Positions 1 to 11,000 of a stretch of 64,000 bases of DNA are shown here, in pieces. The notes under the pieces are model-generated. The model made no database searches and had not been told where the DNA came from. It saw nothing but the letters and a program-made list of their open reading frames with translations. The stretch comes from an uncultured cyanobacterium (GTDB taxonomy: Bacteria; Cyanobacteriota; Cyanobacteriia; Cyanobacteriales; Nostocaceae): positions 1,472,001 through 1,536,000 of the forward strand of contig CAVUDP010000002.1 of the NCBI GenBank assembly GCA_963740315.1. Reading direction: 5' to 3'. The number at the start of each line of letters is the position of its first letter. Position 1 is the stretch's first letter. The position numbers and the translations under genes are program-made.

Positions 1-122
1 TCCGGCTCTCCAGCGCTAAAACTACAAACATCAATACCTTCCGCCTTCATCGCTTTTGCTTTCGCGGCGATCGCCAAAGTTAGAGAAGGCGATACCTGAC
101 TAATTCTTGCTGCCAGCTTCAT
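1..122 (-). CDS. aspC: PLP-dependent (aspartate) aminotransferase, N-terminus only; runs off window start
   Basis: Manual translation [40 protein letters not shown] is the typical class I aminotransferase N-terminus. Confidence 0.8.
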   Translation of the reverse strand, partial: MKLAARISQVSPSLTLAIAAKAKAMKAEGIDVCSFSAGEP

Positions 123-182
123 CTTTACTTCACATTTCTTTGTTCTTTAACAATATCCCATTATTCCTAAGTTAGTTGTTAG

Positions 183-255
183 AAGTTAGGAGTGAGCAGT
201 GAGCAGTGAGCAGTGAGGACCACCGGAGTGAGGATCACCGGAGTGAGGAGTTAAG
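183..255. repeat. Heptamer STRR-like tract (GTGAGCA/GTTAGGA-type) with a short duplication
   Basis: gagtgagcagtgagcagtgagcagtgagg and caccggagtgagga x2. Confidence 0.7.
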
Positions 256-316
256 AATGAGTAGCAAGTGAATAAACCCACCTTTTTTAGAAAAAGCGGG
301 CTGATTAGCGATCGAG

Positions 317-916
317 TTAATTTAAATTAGGAGTTGGCGCTTCGAGAATCTGTTCTTGTGCGGGATTGTTATTTACTGGAGTGGGATTGTTCCGTATTAA
401 ATCGGCATCGTAAAAGTAAACGCGACTGCAATATTGAGTGGAACTAGAACAATTTGCCTCGATCGCAACATTACTAACATTATTGACATTAACAGATACA
501 TTGGCTACTTGTGTGGGTCCAACGGTAACGGTTTCAGTTGGTTTTCCGTCCAAGTAAAGTCGTACCTGTATGCTAGGACTGTTGGGATTGTTGTCGCGCA
601 TTCCAAAGCCCAAATTCAAAGTTTGAAATACATTTTGAGGACGATTCTTCGGTTTAATATTACAAGTTAGAGATGCCGAACGATAGCCAGGACTCAAATA
701 AAATCTACTCCTGTAAACTGCTTTACCGATGGAAACATCAAGTTTCTGTTTACGAGCGCTACCGATGCCACTTCCAACGCACTTTGCTTTTAACAAAGAA
801 ATCGGACGCATTGTTTTTTGTTGAGCAGTTGCTTCACTCAAAGGAAATATCGCAGGTAAGACTACCGCAATGGGTAGAAGAAGCGAAGTGATTAATTTAT
901 TTCGTTGCATTGACAT
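317..916 (-). CDS. Secreted protein, possible NPCBM/NEW2-like beta-sandwich
   Basis: 199 aa; signal peptide ending ATA-Q; four Cys; beta-rich; co-oriented downstream of the adhesin. Confidence 0.6.
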   Translation of the reverse strand: MSMQRNKLITSLLLPIAVVLPAIFPLSEATAQQKTMRPISLLKAKCVGSGIGSARKQKLDVSIGKAVYRSRFYLSPGYRSASLTCNIKPKNRPQNVFQTLNLGFGMRDNNPNSPSIQVRLYLDGKPTETVTVGPTQVANVSVNVNNVSNVAIEANCSSSTQYCSRVYFYDADLIRNNPTPVNNNPAQEQILEAPTPNLN

Positions 917-1010
917 TCAAAAATTAATTTTAATTAAGCAAGGTGAAAGTCTAAATAATAATACCTAATCGTTCAGTATTTTTTTGTATTAAAGAATTAG
1001 GCGTGGGAAT

Positions 1011-1245
1011 AGGTTAAAGGTCAAAGGTTAAAGGTTAAAGGTTAAAGGTTAAAGGTTAAAGGTTAAAGGTAATGTAGTTAAAAGCTTCAAATTCATAACT
1101 CCTAACTCCCCATCCCCCCCATCTCCCCATCCCCCCAAAGGTTACTGAGCTTGTCGAAGTACTCCCCATCCCCCCATCTCCCCATCCCCCCATCTCCCCA
1201 TCCCCCCATCTCCCCCTCTTCCCATCCCCCCATCCCCCCATCTCC
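1011..1245. repeat. STRR tracts (AAGGTTA)n and (CCCCATC/T)n
   Basis: Tandem 7-8-mers read directly; characteristic of heterocystous cyanobacteria. Confidence 0.9.
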
Positions 1246-1316
1246 AAAAAAAAGGGGCACGGCATAACCGCACCCCCTATAGTTGTTAAGGAAGACTGTT
1301 TTATTTTTTGTTGAAA

Positions 1317-4300
1317 TTAATCGACTGTGACGCGGAAGCGAATAGATCCGGTTTGTATGCCATCGGGTAAAGTACCCAAGTTGACAAGTACTGCGCCTTT
1401 AGCGGGTGTACCGTTTTCCAGATTCTCATCGTTGGTTCTGCAAATATTTGCGAAATCTTCGGGTATTGGCTCTTGAGGTGATAGTGTTCTAGGGTTAGTA
1501 GCACCATTACCTTGACCTGTAACAATAATCCGGTCGTTTGTCAAAGTTGTACCGTTGGGAACTAAGTCGCAGACTCTGACATTTTGCAATTCCCCTTGTC
1601 CTTCTTTTAAGAAGTAAATAGTGTATTCGATTACGTCACCACTTTGTACGCCTTCAGTCCGTTGAAAAATACCTCTAACAGGAGATTGACTGTTGAGATC
1701 GTTATCAGCTTCACGGGCGGGGTTATCTTCAAACTCGCTGAAGGTTTGGTTATTAATCTGAGTAATCCGCTTGACTAATCCTAAGTTTAAAGGTCCTTCT
1801 GAGGATGCTCCCAAACGACCGGGGCGGAAACCAAAGTCAACTTCATTTGTGTTGGGATTGGCTTCGGTTAAGTTAGCCGATAATGTTGTTTCGGTAGTTG
1901 CAGAAAAGTCAGTAGGTCTTGCAGATTCTACGGTGTATGTACCAAGAGGTAAATTATCAAAGATGTAGTTACCGTTTTGATTGGTGGTTGTGGTTCCGAA
2001 ATTCCTACCTTCGGAGTTTCTCAAAGTTAATTGAACTCCAGGAATTCCTGGTTCACCTTCTTCGTTTGGTTCTTTGACACCGTTGTTATTACTGTCGGTG
2101 TAGTCTTGCACTCCGTTACCGTTTGTGTCATTGAAAACGGTATCGCCGATGGAACCTGGTAATCCAGTCATTCTTACCCCAAAATCGGCATCAACAAAGC
2201 TTTGATTGAGTTGCAGAGTTACCGGAATCGGATTAACAGTCTGTGGTCAGAATACTACCGTCGGGAAGCGCTATTTGTACTTGATAATTTCCTGGTGGAA
2301 GATTGTTAAAACTATATTGACCTGGAGTATTTTGGTTGAAAGCGACGGTTTCCGTGTTATCGGTGCGCTGTTCGTCAATTTGGTCGTCGGGGGTACCAAA
2401 AACACCATCTTCTCCGGGACGAATCAATCTGACTAAAACACCGCTAACTCCCGGTTCTCCTTCATCTTGGATGCGGTTAGCATTTACATCCGCAAACACG
2501 GTATCGCCAATCGAACCTTGTATTGGTGGCTGTGGTTGGAAACCAAAGTCAACTGTATCGAGATTTTGACCGGCTTGCAGGGTAACTGGGTTGGGTTGCG
2601 CCAGGGTTGGAGGCAAACCTTGAGGGGGATTCTCAATTGTGACGGTGTAAGTACCCGGTGCTACGTTAAAAAAGTTGTAGGCTCCATTGTCACCCGTAGT
2701 GGTTCTAGCAACTTCGTTTCCGTTCGTATCTCGCAGAATCAAGGTAATTCCGGGGATTCCGATTTCGTTTAAGTCAGGAATACTATCGCCGTCGTTATCG
2801 TAGAAAACAAAGTCTCCAATTGTACCAACCTGTTGCGGTGAGAAACCAAAGTCAGCTTCATCAAAGTTTTGATCTGGTTGTAAAGAAACGGTAGTTGGTG
2901 GCGTTTGAGTTGGAGTTAAACCATCGGGGGGATTATTAACTGTAACTCTGTAATTACCAATAGGTATGTTAGGGAAACTATATATACCTTGATTATTGGT
3001 GGTGGTAGTGTCGGTAGTATCGTCCTCCGTACCCAAGTTACCATCTGGACCAGGACGAGTTAAAGTAACTACAACATTGGGTATTCCCGGTTCATTTGGG
3101 TTTTGAGTTCCGCTGCTGTCGTTATCCCGATAAACGGTATCGCCAATCGTGCCAGTTGACTGCGTAAAGCCAAAATCAGCATCTGGGAAATTTTCACCTG
3201 CATCAAGTTCGATTAATCCATTCGGTGTTTGGGTTTGACTTAATCCCCGAATTGGTTGCTGAGATTGGTCGTTAATAGTAATTCGATAATTACCCGCAGG
3301 TAAATTAGGGAAAGTGTAATTACCATTTGCATCGGTTCTAGTTACACCGCTGGTATCGTCATCATCAAGAGTATTTCCAAACACACCATCTGGTCCGGTA
3401 CCGGCATAGTTAACAAGTACATTCCCGATTCCCGGTTCACCTGGATCTTGTTGACCGTTATTATTAATATCGTTGTAAACCGTATCTCCAATGGTACCTT
3501 GTCCCTGACCTAATTGTCCCGGTGCAAAACCGAAGTCAACTGTATCAATATTTTGACCGCTTTGCAGATTAATAATATCCGTTTGGGTTTGAGTCGCCGT
3601 ATCTCCTTCTCTTGGACTCGTTGCGGTAACTGTGTAATTCGCTGGTGGTAAATTAGGGAAACTGTAATTACCGCTTTCGTCGGTAGTCGTAGTTTGGGTA
3701 GTATCGTCAGGGGTACCGAAGTTACCGTCGGCACCGGGATTATTTAATGTTACCGTCGCTCCAGGAATCCCAGTTTCACCTGGATCTTGGGTGTTATTAC
3801 TGTTGGTATCGCTGTAAACGGTATCTCCAATCGAACCCGTGCCTTGTTGCGGTGCAAAACCAAAATCAACGGTATCTAAATTTTCACCATCAGGTAAATT
3901 AACCGTATCCGCTGGGATTTGAGTGGGAGTTAAACCGTCGGGTGTGGTAGTAGTAACTCGATAGTTACCCGCAGCTAAATTGGGGAAATTGTAAATACCG
4001 TTTTCGTTGGTAGTGGTGGTTTGCGGGGTACCATCGTCGGGAGTACCAAAGTTACCGTCGGCACCGGGATCGGTTAAAGTAACTGTCACCCCAGGGATAC
4101 CAGCTTCACCTGGATCTTGAGTGTTATTACTATTGGTATCGTTATAAACTGTATCGCCGATGCTGCCTTGTCCCTGACCCAATTGTCCTGGTACAAAACC
4201 GAAATCAACTGTATCAATATTTTGACCGGGTGTTAACGCGACGGTATCCGGTTGGGTTTGAGTGGCAGTATCTCCTTCTCTTGAACTCGTTGCGGTAACT

Positions 4301-5670
4301 CTGTAATTACCCGCAGGTAAATTGGGGAAACTGTAAATACCGCTTTCGTTGGTAGTTGTAGTTTGGGTAGTATCGTCAGGGGTACCAAAGTTACCGTCGG
4401 TACCGGGATTAGTTAAAGTAACTGTCGCTCCTTCGATACCTGCTTCACCGTCGTCTTGTATATTATTACTGTTAGTGTCAGTGTAAACCGTATCGCCAAT
4501 ACTACCTACCGTGGACGGCGAGAAACCAAAGTCAGCAGTATCAAAATTTTCACCAGCTTCGACAACAATGGTTCCTGGTGGTGTTTGAGTTGGCGCTAAA
4601 CCATCGGGAGGATTACTAACAGTAACTCGGTAATTACCCGCGGTTACGGGAAAACTGTATATTCCGTTTTGATTGGTAGTTGTAGTTTCCGTGGTGTCGT
4701 CAGGAGTTCCAAATACACCGTCGGCACCCGGATTTGTCAAAGTTAGATTAACTCCAGCAATTCCCTCTTCACCAGGATCTTGAGTACTGTTACCATTAGT
4801 ATCTCGATAAACCGTATCGCCAATCGTAGCAGCATTCACGGGCGCACAGATAGTGAATGGCGCTAAACCGATAGTTTGATCTTGTCCCGGTGGACCGTAT
4901 TCCGTTCCCGGCGTGTAAAGAATGCGGATTTGGTCAACAGCACCCCCTGGAGTAACGGAAACGTTAGCATCTCCATTCTCAGGAAATGAGTTATCAACAA
5001 TCCCGAAAGCCGTATTTCCAGAAATTTGGGTGAATCGACCAAGGGCTTGTAAATTAACCGGAACGTTGGAATTATTATCAGATGCAGTTACCGTAACTCT
5101 ATCTTGGAAAATTCGACCGCTATCTCGTTCTGGTGGACCATTACGGTCAACGTCTAATAATGTTAAAGGTGAAGCTAAGGTAACTGATTGAGCAAAGGTA
5201 ATAGTAAGAGTTGCGCTACCCGGTGCTAAATTACCAGTTTCTGGAGGTTTTCCCGGACCAATATTTATACGTAAATCGTTTCCTGGAGTACCACCGTAGG
5301 TATCACTATTAACTCCTGATTCCGTCGTATCGATAACTCGACCGGGGACTTCTTCAGTTAAAGTAAAGACGGTACGGATGCCGCCAATATTATATTCTTG
5401 TGTTAAATCTGACAGGTTATCGCTAAGGCGCAACCGTACCGTTTCTGGTGCCGTACCCGCAGGACAACTTGCCCCAGTTTGTGCCATTGCCTTTCCATCC
5501 CCAATTAGGGGAAGTTGAGGTATAGAAAACAATAGTGTGAATAAAGTTGTAGACACAAAGGGTTTGGAATTAAATGATGGCAGTGCGATCGCCATTTTCG
5601 TTCCCGGTTCCCCTTTAGTAATTGCCGATAAATGCTTAAATAAAGCTTTCATTTTGTGCTTCCTAAACAA
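1317..5670 (-). pseudogene. Large SdrD-B-repeat surface adhesin with C-terminal DUF11-like domain, split by a single frameshift near 2241 (ORFs 2233..5670 and 1317..2171)
   Basis: Nine repeats of IGD(T/F)V(Y/F)xD...EPGI...N(F/L)DxxDFG; the frame of the second ORF reads TVNPIPVTLQLNQSFVDADFGVR upstream of its ATG, completing repeat 8; C-terminal VQSGDVIEYTIYF..NVRVCDLVP. Confidence 0.85.
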
Positions 5671-5682
5671 CGAAAAATATTA

Positions 5683-5792
5683 GGTATTGGGCATTGGGCA
5701 TTGGGATGGGGGGATGGGGGGACAAGGAGAAATTTCAACTCCTAATTCATCACTCCTAACTCCTAACTCATAACCTTTAACCTTTAACCTCT
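5683..5792. repeat. STRR tracts (GGCATTG, CTCCTAA, CCTTTAA)
   Basis: Tandem heptamers between the OmpA gene and the adhesin gene. Confidence 0.8.
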
Positions 5793-5794
5793 AA

Positions 5795-8059
5795 TTACCT
5801 TCTTTCAATTTGCAAATCTTGCTCTTGATCTTCAACTATTAGGTCTATACCCCTAACATCCTTGAAGATGATTTCAGTACGTCGATCGCGGGCGTAATCC
5901 ACAACGTCGGTACCGCCAGGAACCTTGCGTTGAGATTCACCAAAGGAACGTATGGTCATTCTTTCAGGTGCAATTCCCTTCCGTAACAGATAATTTCTCG
6001 TAGACAGCGCCCGTCGATTACCTAATGCTTGGTTATAAGCGTCACTAGCGCGGGGGTCGGTATGTCCTTGCAGTTCTATAACGATGAATGGATATTGTTT
6101 GAGTACTTCTGCTACTCTGTCTAAGACTTGGGCACTTTCGTCACTAATGAAAGATTTATCTAAAGCAAAGTGGATGTTGCGCGGTACTTGAATCCGAATC
6201 GGTTCCGGTGGCGCTTCTGGTGGTGCTGGTGGTGGTGGTGTTGGTGTTGGTGCGGGTGGTGGTATCGGTCTAGAAATACACTGCGGCGGGTTTATCGGAT
6301 CTACCTTCGGCTGCACGTTAACGTTGGGTATAGTCCCCTCAACACCAATCATCGTCGCGATCGCCGGTTCCGATGTTCCGTATTTGGGGTCGGTGGCGAT
6401 CGCACTGATGACATCTCCTTCTTGGACGTTTTCTAGTTGGGCGGTAAATTTACCGTCTTCCCCTGTGGTAACTATGGTCAAGGGTTCTGTTAATGCGCCG
6501 AATCCAGGTTGATATATAGCTTCTTTTCCCCTTTGATAGTCGCCTAAGCGATAAAATGTGACTTCGCTACCTCTATCTGCTTTCCCGGTGACGATGGCGC
6601 TACTACCGCTGGGGACAAAGTTTTTTTCGGTAAACTGGGGGGCATCGATCGCACCGTTTCCAGTATCTTTACGCCGATTTCCAGAATTGCGTTTGGGGTT
6701 TGGACCATCTCCGCGCTGAAAGTCAATGACTCCCAAATTTCTTTGACTGTTGAGGTCGATACTTAATCCTTCTAAAGCCGCGAATTTATTGTTGCGAATC
6801 TCGTTACGTATTGCAGGTCCTTTTTTACCAATATCGTTTTGAGGAAAGGCAGTAACTACTACCCCCGGTCCGGCTTGATTGTCAATTTCGTTACCAATTA
6901 CTTGATGGTCGCTGCCCATAACGAAAACCGCTGCCCGTCGCAGTCTTCTGCCGTTATAAGTAATTTTATTATTCTGTACTAAAACCTTGCCTTGAGGTTT
7001 AAATAAATACACCCCAGCGCCGTCGTTAGCGCAGATTAAGTTACCCAAAATTTGGGAATTATCAACTATGCCTTCAAACCGCAAAGCATCCGGCATTCCA
7101 TCGATACCGTTACCAAGAATGATGTTTTGCACCACCTGGGTATTTTCCGCCCGTACCGAAGTAATAATTGCGCTACCAGCGTGGTAAGAAATCCGGTTTT
7201 TCCGAATCGTCGCGCCTTGGCTGTTGAATGCGTAAACCCCAAAAGCGGAAATATTATCGGGCATTCTTTCATCTTGAGTTATGCCCAACCAGTTGTTTTC
7301 AATTACTACGTTTTTCGGGGGTTCGTCTCGTTCCCGAAACGGAAAGTTACTCGCGGGTGGTTTCTGCTGGCTGATATCCGGAGGGGGATTACGATGAGCA
7401 ATGACAATATCCCCCGGTGGCGTTGTCAGGGTTGCGGGTTCGGCTTTGCCGTCGTAAATCAACGCGCTTCCCAACTGTTGTTTAATCGGTTCGGCATTGA
7501 AACCGTACAAATTCAAGCCGCGTATGGTGATATTATCCGCAACCACCGTTAAACCGCGAAATACTTCTTGTCCCGTGGCGGGTTTAATCGTCACCAAGGG
7601 CACGGGAATCGCTATCTCCGCCGTTGCCGAGGTATTAGGATCGTATCCCGGTTGCGTGCTGCCATCAATCGTTAACCCCGGTGCAGCCAAATCTGGTAAA
7701 ACCGTTTGCAACTCTATAGTTGTTGCACCACCGGGTAAATTGAATTCAATAGTGCTTCCACTCGACGAACCCGGCGTTACCTGCGCTTGTTCTGCACTAC
7801 TAAGTTGTTGGGGGGTTAGAGTCCCGTTGACAACTTCGATCGCTTCGCGCAAAGTTAATTCACCATCCGCCGTTACCGCATCGGCATTACTATTCACTAC
7901 CACCCGCACCGCCGGAGGATTAAAGTTCGGCTCTTGTGCAAATACTAAATTGGGTAGAAATAATATCGAAGTCGGCAGAACGAAAAATATTTTTTTGTTG
8001 GGTAAAAGCGAAATCAGCTTTAACCTTCTCTCTTTAACCTTTGACCTTTTCTTGGGCAT
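5795..8059 (-). CDS. OmpA-family protein with N-terminal CSLREA-like motif and right-handed beta-helix repeats
   Basis: Signal peptide; VVNSNAD..LTLREAI; parallel beta-helix repeats; Pro-rich linker; C-terminal IHFALDKS..QGHTDPRASDAYNQALGNRRA OmpA_C motif. Confidence 0.85.
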   Translation of the reverse strand: MPKKRSKVKERRLKLISLLPNKKIFFVLPTSILFLPNLVFAQEPNFNPPAVRVVVNSNADAVTADGELTLREAIEVVNGTLTPQQLSSAEQAQVTPGSSSGSTIEFNLPGGATTIELQTVLPDLAAPGLTIDGSTQPGYDPNTSATAEIAIPVPLVTIKPATGQEVFRGLTVVADNITIRGLNLYGFNAEPIKQQLGSALIYDGKAEPATLTTPPGDIVIAHRNPPPDISQQKPPASNFPFRERDEPPKNVVIENNWLGITQDERMPDNISAFGVYAFNSQGATIRKNRISYHAGSAIITSVRAENTQVVQNIILGNGIDGMPDALRFEGIVDNSQILGNLICANDGAGVYLFKPQGKVLVQNNKITYNGRRLRRAAVFVMGSDHQVIGNEIDNQAGPGVVVTAFPQNDIGKKGPAIRNEIRNNKFAALEGLSIDLNSQRNLGVIDFQRGDGPNPKRNSGNRRKDTGNGAIDAPQFTEKNFVPSGSSAIVTGKADRGSEVTFYRLGDYQRGKEAIYQPGFGALTEPLTIVTTGEDGKFTAQLENVQEGDVISAIATDPKYGTSEPAIATMIGVEGTIPNVNVQPKVDPINPPQCISRPIPPPAPTPTPPPPAPPEAPPEPIRIQVPRNIHFALDKSFISDESAQVLDRVAEVLKQYPFIVIELQGHTDPRASDAYNQALGNRRALSTRNYLLRKGIAPERMTIRSFGESQRKVPGGTDVVDYARDRRTEIIFKDVRGIDLIVEDQEQDLQIERR

Positions 8060-8098
8060 TGCTCGCTCCTATAACACCACATTTGACCAATACAACAG

Positions 8099-11000
8099 CT
8101 ATTTGAGGTTATTTATCAGCTTGGTTTGAGATTTGGTATTGGGAATTCGAGATTCTTCTGTTCCCTGTTCCCTTCTCAAACGGTTAACCAATTTTTCCGA
8201 TTGATTTTTCTTCAAACGTTCGGTTAACTTTGTTTGAGGTTTCTGAGATTGTTGTTGAGAACCATTCCTTACCAAAGGTGAAACCTCGGATTCTTGCTCT
8301 TGCTTTGGTACTGGTTTCTGCAATCCAAATCCGCCAAACAACTCATTAAGCTTCAAGCTGACGTTGAGATACAACCCACCTTCCGAGCGATATCCGGTAA
8401 AGTCGCGATCGTCTACGCTACCAAAGGCGTAACCCACTCCCAAACGCAAATCTGGGGTAAAGTAATATCCACCTTCTAAGGCAATCCCAAATTCGTCGAA
8501 GTCCGCATTATTGTTGGAACTTTGACCAATCCAGCGTCCTTCAACTGCTAAGTCGGTACGGTAGCCTAATTTATAGGTGGCTCGCGCTTGCGCTAAATTC
8601 ACCGTTCCGTCGTAGCGTTCCCTATCGAAGTAAGTTACACCATTACGCAGCGCATATTTACCGTAAAATTCCCATCGCCAAGAAGGTGCATAAATACCTT
8701 CTGCTGAAAATACGTGTCCCGTTGCCGTGGAACTTCCCGTAAACTCTTGGTTCTGAGGTATTGAATCAAAGTTTTGTCGCCATTCGTATTTGAGCAAGCC
8801 GTTGAATTTATCGTTAGTCGGATCGCGATAGGCTAAACCAATTTTGAGATTAGCGGTGTCTCCTAATTCTTCAAATCTGACTCCTTGGGTTTCTGCTAAA
8901 TTATTCACCGTGGAAGGTAAAAATACGTTGGCTTCACCTGCTTGTTGATAGCGTGCCAATGCAGTTAACGCCGGGGAAATTTTTCCTGCCGCACCGACGG
9001 AAATATAGGTGCTGTTGCCTTCCTCGCCGTCGCGCAATTCAAAACGACCACTGGCTTTAAAGTCTGGGTTGTCGGTATATTCTAAGCCGAAGCTGTACAC
9101 CGAACCGGCGAACAATCCCAAGGAAGCTGCATTTTGTCCAACAGCGTAAGGTAGACCAAATCTTTCTCCTCTGGCTGTGGAGTTGAAAATATTTTTGAAT
9201 ACGTACTGATAACCCAAGCTCATCCGCAATCCCGGCGCGATCGGCATTCCGTGGTTGACTCCCAATGCACCTTGTCCCTGCAAGCCGTTGAAGCCGGATA
9301 GTACGGAATAACGTCCGTTAAAGGTAGTATCTCTGGCTAAGCTGTAGTCAACTAAGGTATCTAAAGTAGTCAGGGAATTCCCCTCTAACAAACTGGTATC
9401 GTCGTACCATTGATGCGCCAGTCTAAAGGTAACACCCTCAAATGCCTGCCAATCCAAGCCTAAAGTTGTCCTATTGGGATAAAGCGGATCGGAACCGTCT
9501 ATATTGACTTCATTCTGGGCTTGGAAACTCAAAGATTGAGTTAAAGGAACTTTTAATTTAGAAACAATTTGCTCTGCATCGCCATTCAACTCATTATTGA
9601 TTCTGTCTTCTCGCGAACGGTTGACGTATTCAACGCTGGCATCTGCAAAGCCAAATTTTTGTAAAATACCTGCCCGAAAAGTCTTTAATTCATTATCTAA
9701 AGGTTGACCAAAAGCGGGTTGGGGTTGGGGATCGAATAGATCGAAGAAGTTAACTAAACCCGTACTAGCTCGACCAAAGTTTTCTTCCACATCGTAGGAT
9801 ACACCCAGAGTTGTGGTATCGGTTAACTTACCGAGCAACCCACCACCGTAACGAGTTTGTCCCGGAGCAAAACTGAATGTGGCATTGTTGTTAAAATTCT
9901 CCTCCACCGAACGGTAATAAGCATTCAATCCTAAGCGCTCGTTTAAATTACCGATCGCTTCAATCCTATAGGCATTACCCGAACGATTGGTGCCATCGAC
10001 GATGCTGCTTTCCGAACGAGCGTATTCACCCAAAATCTTACCCGCACGACCAAAGGAAAAGAGAAAATCTGCTCCGTACAGTTCAAAATCGCGATCGCCT
10101 TGGTCTTCCCTTAAATAAGTACCGGCGATAAATGACTTGGTATCCAAATCCTGAGAAATATTAAACTGCGCTCTTCCACCGTAAATATCGGATTCCTCGC
10201 CAAATTCCGGCTGATAGGTGACAACAACTTGTCTTTGCAGAGTTGTACCAAAAGGATTAAGTTCTGTTGCCAATATTGGACTTAAGAGTCTAATCGTGCC
10301 TCGGTCGTAATCTATTTCATAATCTCGACCGCGATATAGCTGCTGTCTTTTAACAACAGTACCCGGACGGTTGATTTCTTCGGCTTCTAAATAAACGCTT
10401 TCACTTCCGGGAACCAACAGCCGTTGCGATAGAAAATAATTACCGCTGATACCTTGAGGAGTAAAAGTATCCCGCTGGAAACCTTCGACGTTATTGGCGT
10501 ACAAACCAGTTATCTGCAACGGACCGAAACTGTAATTACCTTTGAAACCGTGCAGTTGCCGAGAAGTCGCACCGTAAAGTTGGGAAGGGCGAGAAAATTC
10601 CTCGGTTCTGTAATCTCCCCACATCGCGTAATCGGGGTCTGCACCAGGTATCTTGGAACTACGTTCAAACCGGGCATAAAAACTATCCGTTGAAGGCGTG
10701 GTAGGAGTCACCGTGGAACTATCGCCATATACGGGATAGTTTTGTTCGCAAAACTGAATGCCGCCAAATAAACGGTTTCTACCTTCGCAATCTTGGTTAA
10801 TCGGTCGCTCGCTGTTAAATGCACCAGTAAACAGCCATTCACCAACTTTACCTGTTGCAAACACCTGGGAAGTCAAATCTACCTCGGTTCCATCCGAAGC
10901 ATCTGGATCGAGAAACTCCCTGCGACTACCCCACAAATTAGTACCCCTCGCACCAACGCGGAGGTTGATGATACCCGTTACCAGGGAAGGACGTAAATAG

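Noticed and set aside
1056..1265. 69-aa Gly/Trp-rich ORF
   Set aside because: Translation of STRR repeats; same for the start of ORF 37404..37886
6170..6436. Trp/Cys-rich ORF resembling a RiPP precursor
   Set aside because: Antisense shadow of the Pro-rich linker of the OmpA protein
7052..8129. Plus-strand ORFs of 166 and 210 aa
   Set aside because: Antisense to the well-supported OmpA gene with no recognisable motifs; likewise the other short antisense ORFs in the track
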